Shown: in pieces, positions 51,331 to 62,300 of the stretch | Position numbering within the stretch: the first letter of the stretch is position 1 | How the letters are laid out: every line of letters begins with the position of its first letter | Assembly: GCA_973895155.1 (NCBI GenBank) | Contig: OZ316893.1 | Location: 24,851,520 to 24,915,519 of the forward strand | Direction of reading: 5' to 3' | From: Marsupella aquatica | Lineage: Eukaryota; Plantae; Marchantiophyta | Length of the DNA: 64,000 nucleotides | The notes under the pieces: generated by a model | What the model was told of the DNA's origin: nothing | The model's database searches: none | What the model saw: only the letters and a program-made list of their open reading frames with translations | Translations under genes and position numbers: made by a program

Positions 51331-52895
51331 CACTTTACAAGACTGTCCTGACGAGGACCACCCACATTGGCAAACTTCGTGAATAGTTGATCTCTAGCCA
51401 AGGCTCTCATGGCGTCCACTGTCAAGCCTATCAGCACTTCCAATCCCCCATCTCTCGTGCGTGGCAGCACAATGCAGAGCCCATGGAACCTGAGCGCTGG
51501 CACTCTCACTCGCTCCACCGTCCCCACGGCGTGCCCCCAATTTAGCCCGTTTAGCCCCAACTCCGCCCACGACGAGATCGCCAAATCTGTCCCCAAAGAC
51601 GGGAGGAAAGACGGCCGCAGCGCCGCTACATCTGGCAGCGCATCAATCAACTTCACCGCGCTGCGGATGTGCTCGTTGTCGATGGTGTTGACGGAGGCGC
51701 GAACCGACCGCGCCACGGTCGGGAGCACCGTCTCCAACTTTAGCACGGAACTTGGCAGGACCGCAAGGCTGTACAGATTCACGTTGCCGACATATGTATC
51801 TGGGAGCGGAGGGTCAAGTTTTCGACGGCCGTTGTTTGCCATGCCCAGTTTACACTCCTGCTCATTGACGGTGACGGTGGTTCCCTCGTCCCTGCCGACG
51901 GTGATTGGACGGAGGCGCGAGCGGGTGATGCACGTCCAGAGGAGGGCACTGAGGGCGTCATTGGTGGAGATCCACGGAATGGGGGCCAGCTGCTGCTCAT
52001 GGAACCCGGTCTGGTCAGATTTGGCGGCGGTTTTGGCCGGGAGGTCACCTTTGGCGGCGTCCTTGAGTCTTGTGAGGGCGTCACCGCTAAAGTAGAAGAT
52101 CTCGACTGCACTCTCCGGAACGGTACCGACCCATGTCGGCATTGTCGACGGCCGGTCGACGGCGTACTCAGGATGTTGTCGAGTTCTCAATTCGACACCA
52201 TCAGTCTTTGCATTAGGGCTCAGGCGTGTTCGATCGAGAGCTTCGGGAGTGATGACAATGGCGGACGACGAAGGCGGAGCAGGAGCTGGAGGATTTTGCT
52301 TCTCGTCATCATTCTCGTCATTCTCAATAATCTGCCTACAGTTCTGCGCCCACAGTCGAAGGATCGTCCCCATGCCAGTCCCGTCCATCACGCGGTGATG
52401 AATCGCAGCGCAGAGCAGCACTCCCCCCTCGATGAAATTGGCCTGCGCCGCCATGACGGGAGAGCTGTCTTCGAATGGATCGATAAAGGCTCCGATGGGC
52501 GCGAGAATGTTACCGTCGAACCGGTCCGGAAGCCAATTCTCCTGGGCGAGATCTTTGAATGACCATTTCCAATCGCCGTCTGGATTGTCACTCTGCTTCG
52601 TCTTCGTTAGGTCTTTGGATTGCAATTGGAGCCGCTCGAGCTGCGACACTGTTACTGCGAATCGGCCGTGACGGTCTGTGTTGCTGGTGTCCGGGACGAT
52701 CTCGCCGTCCAGAAATGGGACTTGTTCGACGGTCTTGCGAAGGCCTTTGTTGAGTAGTGCGGTGACGGCTGAGGGGTCCGAGGTCTTTTCCGTCTGGATG
52801 CACAGAATCATCCGGGTGTACACCAGCGGCATTGAATTGTCCAACGGAGAGAGTGGAATGAACTGAGGGGTTCGATTGGTACTTTCCGTAGCCAT
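51330..52895 (-). CDS. Tri101-like (fungal-type) CoA-dependent O-acyltransferase, copy A, 521 aa
   Basis: Intronless, GC-rich. LSPLD..P.VYT, AAQANFIEGG, catalytic HXXXD (HHRVMDG), WISTNDALSALLW, NGRRKLDPPL..YVGN, SSWA...NWG..VG.VERVRVP (DFGWG equivalent). Confidence 0.88.
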   Translation of the reverse strand: MATESTNRTPQFIPLSPLDNSMPLVYTRMILCIQTEKTSDPSAVTALLNKGLRKTVEQVPFLDGEIVPDTSNTDRHGRFAVTVSQLERLQLQSKDLTKTKQSDNPDGDWKWSFKDLAQENWLPDRFDGNILAPIGAFIDPFEDSSPVMAAQANFIEGGVLLCAAIHHRVMDGTGMGTILRLWAQNCRQIIENDENDDEKQNPPAPAPPSSSAIVITPEALDRTRLSPNAKTDGVELRTRQHPEYAVDRPSTMPTWVGTVPESAVEIFYFSGDALTRLKDAAKGDLPAKTAAKSDQTGFHEQQLAPIPWISTNDALSALLWTCITRSRLRPITVGRDEGTTVTVNEQECKLGMANNGRRKLDPPLPDTYVGNVNLYSLAVLPSSVLKLETVLPTVARSVRASVNTIDNEHIRSAVKLIDALPDVAALRPSFLPSLGTDLAISSWAELGLNGLNWGHAVGTVERVRVPALRFHGLCIVLPRTRDGGLEVLIGLTVDAMRALARDQLFTKFANVGGPRQDSLVK

Positions 52896-55287
52896 GACTA
52901 TAACTTGGTGTAGCAGTGAGTAAGCGAACGGGACCCAAAGAAATGAAAATTGAATGACGAATGTGACCTTTTCAAAAACAATTGAGGGTCAAATATACTT
53001 CACAGAGAAGTCTTAGAAATTCACCAGGGTCACACCTACAGAAAGGAAATATGCTTGGATCAAATTGACGATTTCAATTGACTTCACAGAATACCTGCAG
53101 AAACGAAATGTCTCATATGTAATGTCTCATATGTAAGGTATCAAAATGAAAAATGCAGAAAGGGAGAATGCTTGGTCTATAAGAGGGCAGGCATAAGAAA
53201 CGTAGATCATATCGGCAGAGACGGAGATTGTGAAGTGGAAATATAGTGCATCAAAACGAAGCACGCAACAAATGTTGAGATCTGTTCCTGTCCTTCTCAG
53301 CACAATCAAAAAACATTGCGACCTGTTCCAGCCCTTTCTCTCAGCGCAATCTACTCTCAAGTTCATCTCAATCTGACTGAATTGACGTTGTGCTGCAGTA
53401 CAGACACGTAAAGTGTGCTATCTTTTACAATTGAGCCAATCCAACCATAGCAGTACAGACACTTGAAGAGTGCTATCTCCTTATCCAGTTACAATTGAGC
53501 CAATCCAACCATGAGAAAATCAACAACCCAGCTCATCACATTCATACCTTCCTCTGCGACTCACCCACAAGGGAAGAACGCCTCCAGCTCCGGAATTTCT
53601 CCACGATTGAGAACTTCGAGAATCAAACGGTGCAAGAGGGTCAGCAACTACAGTACAATGAAACGAAGCAAAATTAGTCGAAGCGAAGGGATGCAAGTGC
53701 CAATGTAGGTTTGCTTTAAAAAAAGTCTGTGGGACAAAGGCCAACCTTTGCAGCTGACGATCAAATTTTCTCAATACAAAACTCGGAATGATGCTTTCCT
53801 TCGTGTCTACGAAATCCAATCTGTTGCAGTCGACATGACGAAAGGAACCTCACCGACGGAGCTGCGGTTCATGCCGTAGCATTGGTGACGGCGGCGGTTG
53901 ACGGCTGTAGACGGTGAAGGTAATTGTCAGTGTAATTGTAACATACAAAAATTTGAAGATGCTTTCTGTGTCTAAGAAATACTATAGTTCTTTTGCCTTT
54001 GGGATCATGTTTCCCGGCTTTCCTCTCTTTTTGGCAGTGTGATATATATAATTCTGGTGATGAAGTAAGAATGGACAAAATGAACCTCTCCAACGGAGGT
54101 CCCTTTGTGCTGTTTTTTGGCAGTGTGATATATATAATTCTGGTGATGAAGTCAGAATGAACAAAATGAACCTCTCCAATGGAGCGCCGTTTGTGCTGTA
54201 GCCCTGGGTGACAGTGACAAATGATGGTGGTACATGGTGCAGGATATTGTCAGTGTATAAGGTAACCCCGCATGAATTTTTTTTCTTTGTATGTCTACAC
54301 ATGGTTATGAGACATTCATTGCTTTCCTAATGAGGCCACAATCCTCTTTGCCAGCTTGGCCCAGGGATTCTCCAATTCAAATAAAAATACACTGAAGTTC
54401 TAGTGGCACAGTGATAGATGAGACTTAAAAATCAAATGAATGGCGCAAAGTGCACTGTTTCCTATGAACTTTAGTATATTGTTATCAGTTTGGTATCTAG
54501 TTGATATTGGTCTACTATTGCTTACAGTGTTTTACGTCACTACCAGATGGACGCTATAGATTGAAGAGCACAACATATAGGCAAAAGAATCAGCTTCAGC
54601 AAGATCATCCCTCTCATTGCATTTGGAGCCAAACTAATCAAAGCCATGTAGTGCTTGGGGTGCCATGGGTTTTGGGTGTCTCTCCAACATGCAAAGTATT
54701 GGTAGATTTGCTTCCCTAATAAGTCACTTCAGCTCATCAAAGATCGTTACTATCCTGGAAATTTCATTGGGACCCTTCTACAAACATTCCTAGTGCCGTG
54801 ACTTATGGCACTAGTGGCACTACACCAGCTCAATCATATGATCCTCCAGCCTCAGAAACATGCAGAAAAGACTGAAAAGGGATGGACCCCAGAACATCCA
54901 ATCCAACTAAACTAATCACAAACAGTCCTTTATCATTGTCCTCTAGAATTGTGTTATGGTTGTAACGCGCATGGGGATCACAAGCTTAAGCTAGCATACC
55001 CGTAGTTAGCAAAGAAAGTAGTTTCTCTTCACAAGCAAAAGACAGTAGTAATGGTCATGGTCAACATGATTTGAAACTTCCTACTCCTGTCTCTTGGTTC
55101 TGCCAGATTGGTGTCTAGTTTTTCCTCGAGGTCTGTTTAGAGGGGTCACAGACTTTGCAAATCATTCTGATATATAGTAACTACCATCCTTTAAGAGGTA
55201 ACCTGTAAGTGTTATTTTAACACAGAAAAATGTAGCCAAACTGCATGATTGTCTTTCCAGATCCTCTGCCTATAATGTTACACTACC

Positions 55288-55601
55288 ACTAGCCCTGACT
55301 ACCCATCCTTTGAACATGAATAGCAGGGACGACAATAAAATTATCACCAAAATATATTCATAATTAATATTCTTTGAAAGTTAATGAAATGATAAAAAAA
55401 GTCATGCAAGTAATCACCCTAAACTTACCATACTCTTTTCTATGCACATCACTCTTTTATGCACAAATGTTATGGTAAATAGGAATCATGACAAAAAGTA
55501 TATATATATTTATCATTTGACATACATCATGGTCATGAGGTTTCCTATCCACATGATGAGTCATAGAGTTATAGTCTAGAGACTTCACTCTAGAAGTCTA
55601 G
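55288..55601. mobile_element. Family A hairpin-ended element between the two acyltransferase units
   Basis: Aligns with 12324-12640; ends TCTAGAGACTTCACTCTAGAAGTCTAG. Confidence 0.7.
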
Positions 55602-55737
55602 ACCCCAACTCTAGCTTGTCCTTGAGGCTTTATAAATAAGATATTTTGCCAAGTCAAGGTGTAAGTGTCAATTCAACACTGAAAAAAAAAACTTACACTG
55701 CATGATTGTCTTTCCAGATCCTTTTGCTCTATTGTTA

Positions 55738-57378
55738 CTATAGTGCTTTGCCAGGTAAGGCTGTGATAAGTTGATTTACAAGTGGGTCCTGACTATGACC
55801 ACCCACATTGGCAAACCTTGTGAACAGTTCATCTGTGGCCAGTGCTCTCATGGCATCCATTCTTAAGCCGATCTGCACTTCCAATCCCCCCTCTCTCGTG
55901 CGTGGCAGCACGGTGCAGAGTCCATCAACCTTGTGCGCTGGCACTCTCACTCGCTCCACCGTCCCAACTGCGTGCCCCCAATCCAGCCCGTTTAGCCCCA
56001 ACTCCGCCCACGACGTGATTGCCAAATCTGTCCCCAAAAAAGGAAGGAAAGACGGCCTCAGCGCCGCTAAATCTGGCAGAGCATCGATGAACCTCACTGC
56101 ACTGCAAATGTGCTCGTTGTTGATAGTGTTGATGGATGTGCGAATCACCCGCGCTACGGTCGGTAGCACCGTCTCCAACTTTAGCATGGAACTTGGCAGG
56201 ACAGCAAGGCTGTACAGATTCACATTGCCAAGGTATGTGTCCGGGAGTGGAGGGTCGAGTTTTCGACGGCCATTGTTCGCCATGCCCAGTTTACTCTCTC
56301 CCCGATCAACGGTTACTAAAGTTCCTTCGTCCCCGCCAACAGTGGCTGATCGGAGGCGCGCTCGAGTGATGCAGGTCCAGAGGAGGGCGCTGAGGGCGTC
56401 GTTGGTGGAGATCCAGGGAATGGGGACTGGTTGCTTCTCATGGAACCCGGCCGGATTAGTTTCAACAGGCTCACCCTTAGATTTGGCAGCGTTTTTGGCC
56501 GGGAGGTCAACTTTGGCGGCGTCCTTGAGTCTTGCGAAGGCGTCCCTGCTAAAGTAGAAGATCTCGACTGTAGGCTCTGGAACGGTACCGATCCATAACG
56601 GTGGTGGCGACGGCGTTGTCGACGGTGATTCGACGGCGTACTCAGGATGTTGTCGAGTTCTCAATTCGACAACATCTATCTTTGCATTAGGGATGAGGCG
56701 AGTTCGATCGAGAGCTTCGGGAGTGATGACAATGGCGGACGACGAAGGAGGAGCCGGAGCAGGAGCCGGAGCTGCAGAATTTTGCTTCGCAACATCGTTC
56801 TCAGCATTCTCAATCTGTCTGCAGTTCTGCGCCCAGAGTCGAAGGATCGTCCCCACGCCAGTCCCGTCTATGACGCGGTGATGAAACGCAGCGCAGAGCA
56901 GGAGTCCCCCCTCGATGAAATTGGCCTGCGCCGCCATAACGGGAGAGCTTTCTTCGAATGAGTCAGGAAAGGCTCTGATGGGCGCGAGTATGTTACCATC
57001 GAACCGCTCGAAATGCCAATTTTCCTGAGCGAGCTCTTTGAAAGACCATTTCCAATCGCAGTCTGAATTGTCACTCTGCTTCTTCTTCGTTAGATCTTTG
57101 GATTGCAATTGAAGCCGCTCGAGCTGCGACACTGTCACTGCGAATCGGCCGAGACGGTCTGAGTTGGTGGTGTCCCGGACGACCTCGCCGTCCAGAAATG
57201 GGACTTGTTCGACGGTCTTGCGAAGGCCTTTGTTGAGTAGTGCGGTGACGGCTGAGGGGTCCGCAGTCTTTTCCGTGTGGATGCAAAGAATAATCCGGGT
57301 GTAGACCCGCGGCATTAAATTGTCCAACGGAGAGAGTGGAATGAACTGAGGGGTGTGATTGGTACTTTGCGTAATCAT
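55738..57378 (-). CDS. Tri101-like (fungal-type) CoA-dependent O-acyltransferase, copy B, 546 aa
   Basis: Intact paralog of copy A with HHRVIDG and TSWA...DWG. ATG 57378 corresponds to the copy A start (the ORF-track start at 57420 is GTG). Confidence 0.88.
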   Translation of the reverse strand: MITQSTNHTPQFIPLSPLDNLMPRVYTRIILCIHTEKTADPSAVTALLNKGLRKTVEQVPFLDGEVVRDTTNSDRLGRFAVTVSQLERLQLQSKDLTKKKQSDNSDCDWKWSFKELAQENWHFERFDGNILAPIRAFPDSFEESSPVMAAQANFIEGGLLLCAAFHHRVIDGTGVGTILRLWAQNCRQIENAENDVAKQNSAAPAPAPAPPSSSAIVITPEALDRTRLIPNAKIDVVELRTRQHPEYAVESPSTTPSPPPLWIGTVPEPTVEIFYFSRDAFARLKDAAKVDLPAKNAAKSKGEPVETNPAGFHEKQPVPIPWISTNDALSALLWTCITRARLRSATVGGDEGTLVTVDRGESKLGMANNGRRKLDPPLPDTYLGNVNLYSLAVLPSSMLKLETVLPTVARVIRTSINTINNEHICSAVRFIDALPDLAALRPSFLPFLGTDLAITSWAELGLNGLDWGHAVGTVERVRVPAHKVDGLCTVLPRTREGGLEVQIGLRMDAMRALATDELFTRFANVGGHSQDPLVNQLITALPGKAL

Positions 57379-59322
57379 GACTAGATTTTGCAGTAGTAGT
57401 GAGTGGGCGAACAGGACCACAAAAACACGAAAATAGAAGCAGACGAAAGTGACCTTTTCAAAACAGTATGCTCAAATGTACTTCACAGAGATCAGATTGA
57501 AGATGTCAGTTGACTTCACAGAGCGGTCTTTTGTGACGTCTACACCGACAGAAAGGAAATATGTTTAGAGCGGTCTTTTGTGACGGCTACACCTACAGAA
57601 AGGAAATATGTTTGGAGAACATTAATGGATCAAATTGAAGATGTCAATTGACTTCATAGAGCGGTCTTTTGTGCCGGCCACACCTGCAGAAAGGAACTAT
57701 GTCGCATACGTAAGGCATCAAAATGAAGACCACATAATTAAACTCGAAGGCAAAATGCTTGGTGTATAACAGTGCATAAAAAAGTAGACCACAGCGGCAG
57801 AGAGGGAAATTGTGAAGAGGAAATGTAGTGCACGAAAACGAACAACGCAGCAAACATTGAGATCTGTTCCTCTCCTTCTCAGCACAATCAACAAACATTG
57901 AGACTTGTTCCATTCCTTCCTCTCAGCGCAATCTACGCTCCATCTGACAATCAACAAACAAAGAGACTTGTTCCATTCCTTCCTCTCAGCGCAATCTACG
58001 CTCCATCTGACTGAATTGACATTGTGGTTTGGGACAGAACAGTTATAATGTGAGCCGATCCAACCATGAGAAAATCAAGGACCCAGTCTGTGACATTGAT
58101 ACCTCTCTCTGCCAGTCACCCACAAGGGAAGAATGTGCTCCAGCTCCGGAATGTCTCCACGAGTGAGAACTCCCAGAAAGAACCGGCGCATGAACTCCAT
58201 GAAGCTCAGTAATAACAATGAGAACGAAGCAAAAATTAGTCAAAGGGAAGGGATGCGACCGCCAATGCAGTTTGCTAGTAATAAACTGGGTGGGAAGAGG
58301 GCCAACCTTTGTAGCTGACGATCGAAAGCCCGATATGAAATTTGCTCAATACAGACTTTGGAAATATGCTTTCCTTCGTCTCTAAGAAATCCCAAGTTCT
58401 GGTGCTGCAGTACGAAATGACGAAAGGCACCTTTACCTTCGGAGCTGCCGTTCGTGCCGTAGCCATCGGTGACGGTGGGAATTGACGGCGGTAGACGGTG
58501 AAGGACATCATCAGTGATGTACAAAATTTGGAAATGAGCTAAGAACTCCTCTAGTTTTGGTGCTGCAGTACAAAAGGACCAAAGGTACTTCTTGGATGGA
58601 GCTGCCATTTTTACTTGTAAAATCTCCAGAGTTTTTTTTTCTTTGTGTGTCTACACATGGTTACGAGGAATTACAGGCAAAACAATAAGATTCAGCAAGA
58701 TCATCCCTTGCATTGGGTTAGAGCCAAACCAACCAAACCCAGATAGTGCTTGGGCGGCCATGGATTTTGAGTGTCCAAGTGTCCAACCGCATGGTCCCTC
58801 CAACATGGAAAGTATTGATAGATTTGCTTCCCCAATGAGTCACACTCAGGTCATCAAAGTTCTCTGCTAAAAAAATTATTTGGACCTTCCACAAACATTC
58901 CTAGTGCTATGACTTCCTGCACTATTGGCACATACACCAGCTCAATCATATGATCCTCATGCCTCACAAAGGCCAAAAATGATGAAAAGTTCCTCATGGT
59001 CTGGTCAAACCTTCTAGCCCATCCAACTCAACTAATCTTTTTAATAGCCCCAAATTTTTATCCTATGCTTGTAACGGGCATGGGGATCATAAGCTCCAGC
59101 TAATGTAGCACAAGCTTTCATAGGTGTATACCCTTAATCTGCAAATAAAAGAAGTCTATCCTCAAAAGCCAAAGGCAATGTGAATTGTCTTGGTCAACAT
59201 GATTACCTTCAAACGCTTCTACTCTGGTATCTAACTTCTGCCACATTGTTGTTGAAACTGAAAAGAGGTCGTCTAATGTCCCCTCGAGGTCTGTTTAGAG
59301 GAGCCCCAGAACGCCTGCTCAG

Positions 59323-62300
59323 TCAGCGAGACCTGGTGGCCTTTCTCATTCGATGGGCAACCCAATCATCCATTTTTTCTTGCTCTATCCAAGCAACACT
59401 TGCCTTATCCCAATCCCAGACCTGCTTCCATGGGATATCTTCTGTCTTCTTCAAAAGGGTCTTCCTTATTTTCTGCAAATACAAGTATATGAAGTTGACA
59501 TAAACTACTCTTCACATGATCGATTCTCTAAACTGTGAGAAGCCACAGATGATAGCCTCCAAAATGTCTAACAATCAACACACGTTAGACAACATTGCTA
59601 GGAAAACTGGTCGGAGACTCACATGAAGGCCGATTCTTGTCATTCGCCGAGATCTTCTTACGAACGGTTTAGGTGCCCTACTACCATATTTATCAGAGCC
59701 TATGTCATGAAATTTACGCACAGGTACTCCCTGTTGAACAGAGGGAAAATAAGGAGAAGTGTTGTAAGCTTTGATCATCAAGACAGCTTAATCATATTTG
59801 CGGAAGAAGAAAACGTAGCATTTGGCTTTGGGACGAGTAATAGTTTCAACTTGTGATGAGCTTCTTTTCAATCATCTGATCCAAACTCCAGACGTCATCC
59901 CAAATACAGGGGAGCCTCCACAAAATGGCTACGATAGCTGCGGCAAACCCCCAGCAGCAACAAACAGACCATTGACTACGAACCTCATGCACAGGCTTCA
60001 TAAACTCATTCCAAATTGGGACAGCATGTGAAGCTCCTGTTGCTGGAAAAAAGCAGAGGTAATTGTCATTCCAACCACTCGGAAATCCGACAACGATGAC
60101 AACTGCAGGATCCATAGTCAATAAAGCACCAGTTAAATTACATAGCAGCAGATAGATAAGATATGTAGCCCAACCTGGATGAAGACCCCCAACTGGTGTA
60201 TTGTCATCATAGCCAAGCCAAACCTGGACCACAACAGAAGAAGGTGAATTGATATCAGTATTTGAATGAGCAGAATCTACAATTTTTAAATTTGCTAGCT
60301 GGGCTAATCGAAAAAGAACGAATAAATTGCCACAAAAGAATCCTTGATCAGGACAATTGACTGCTTGACTGTGAACTACAAAAGGCCCAGCAGTTTTGCC
60401 TTCATTTCTCTGGGCAAAACAGGAATAGGGTCCGAGAAAAGCTGATAAGGAGGAAACTGTTCATTACCACACATGATATCTCTGGCGTGAACCCTGCAAA
60501 CCAGACATCCTTGTGCTCAGTGGAAGTCCCTGTCTTTCCTGCACAAGGTCGCCCCAATTTCGCAGCTCCACCTTTGCCTTTGTCAACTACGGCCTGCTAC
60601 ATACACCAAACGTTACCTTCATCTCACTTTCAACGAATAAAGGAAAGGGCCACTGAGAAAATCTCAACGCAACAGAGTACATTGAAAGGTTTTCCACTAA
60701 CCTGCAACAATACCCGCAGCTCAGCAACGGCCCTCTGATTTACAATAGGTACTTGCTGCTCACTATCGGATGGCTGTCAGAAGCATCACCAAATTCCCGG
60801 AATTAGAGGCATCATCACGTATTAATCACTTCAGATCTTAGTTTCTTTGTTACAAGGAAAAGCTATCTAGGACGCCGAAAAACTATAGGGAGCGCTAAAT
60901 GAGCACCGTATTGTTTCAAACTATACACAGCTTTTTCAAAGAAGACAGCACCTAGGGGTCCAACCTTTTGTTCCTCCAGAATGTGGCCTTCTTGTGATTC
61001 AATTCGGGTAATAAAATGGGGCTTATGGTACACTCCTCCGGCGGCAATGGTTGCATAAACAGTGGCTAGTTGCATCGGTGTGACCTATCTCACCAAGCAC
61101 AGGAATTGCCCACTTATATAAGGAAGGCTTCGACTACAACTAGCTCCTCTAGGAATAGCACGTGTAAGTTCAATCCTCATCATTCTTCTCCAGCAAAAAT
61201 GACTCTGTTACCTCACAGCCACTCAGTGGCAGTGCAAATTCGTATGGAAGAAAGGTTTCAATACCCAACGCTCTCCCCATTTCGTGAACCTGTTAAAACC
61301 AGCACACGCGAAGATGGCAAGACTAGAAATGAGGATTGGTGTTCCCTCGCTCAGTTCACAAGAATCCTTAGAGCAAGGAAGTTTAATTTCATGGAAGAGC
61401 TGCGATGCTGCCGGAAATAGACCTTCACATTCATCATCCAATTTGAGATCCGTCAACCTTATTGAGAATAGCGAAAGCAAACAAAACAACAAACCATAAA
61501 CAGGTTATCGGCTAGGAAAGACTAAATTGCACAAGATAACAGAATAGAAAGCCTGGGATACCTTGTCTACTCCAACCTCGGCACACAGCCGTCCTGTTGG
61601 AATATTCAGTGAATACACCAATGCCTCCTCGAGAGTGACCTACACATATTATCATGCTCACGGATTTGTTCTGTTATGGTCCATACACCTGCTCAGTACT
61701 GTTAGACAAATTTGGCACACCCGGAAAATGAAGTCACGGAGTACGCTTATTAACATAATTTTGATCCGATCGGAGTCCACTTTCGAAAGGAGACGTCTCC
61801 TAAGTGGGAGTAGAATTGAAAATTGGGAAGAGGCCAGACACTTGACGATTTTCTGAGATGTGTCCTGATTTTGTTGAGAGTACAAAAGGCTTACACAACC
61901 AAATCACTTTCCCAGAAACTCACCTTACCACAAAACTTGCGATCGTAGCACTCGGGAGGAAAGCCTCCTATTGTGACGGGTTCGTCCATGAGTACATGAT
62001 CCCGCTTCCTGAGACACAACTGACTAATCCTTCATTTTTTATTTTATAAAGCTAACTGCACAGTAGATACGCAACTGAGTTCTGTGGCTATCTATTGTAT
62101 CTTCTTTTGCGACTTTGGATCAAATAGACCTGAAAAGAACTCTTCGGCAACAAATATTCTAAATGGAGATTCTTGGGAAGACTCACAATCCTTCTGCCAG
62201 AGCTGTCAGATACACCACTGGTTCTAAAGTTGATCCAGCTGAACGAAATACCTGCAGAGAAGCTTGGAACACATTTAAAATTCCAACTACATCAAAACCT

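Larger units (their letters stand above)
50660..59310. repeat. Tandem segmental duplication of ~4 kb (about 50660-55151 vs 55648-59310)
   Basis: Coding and upstream non-coding blocks are colinear, ending in CCTCGAGGTCTGTTTAGAGG at ~55125 and ~59282. Confidence 0.85.

Noticed and set aside
51409-56557. Long plus-strand ORFs (228, 187 and 249 aa) opposite the acyltransferases
   Set aside because: Antisense shadows of GC-rich coding sequence with no recognisable motifs.
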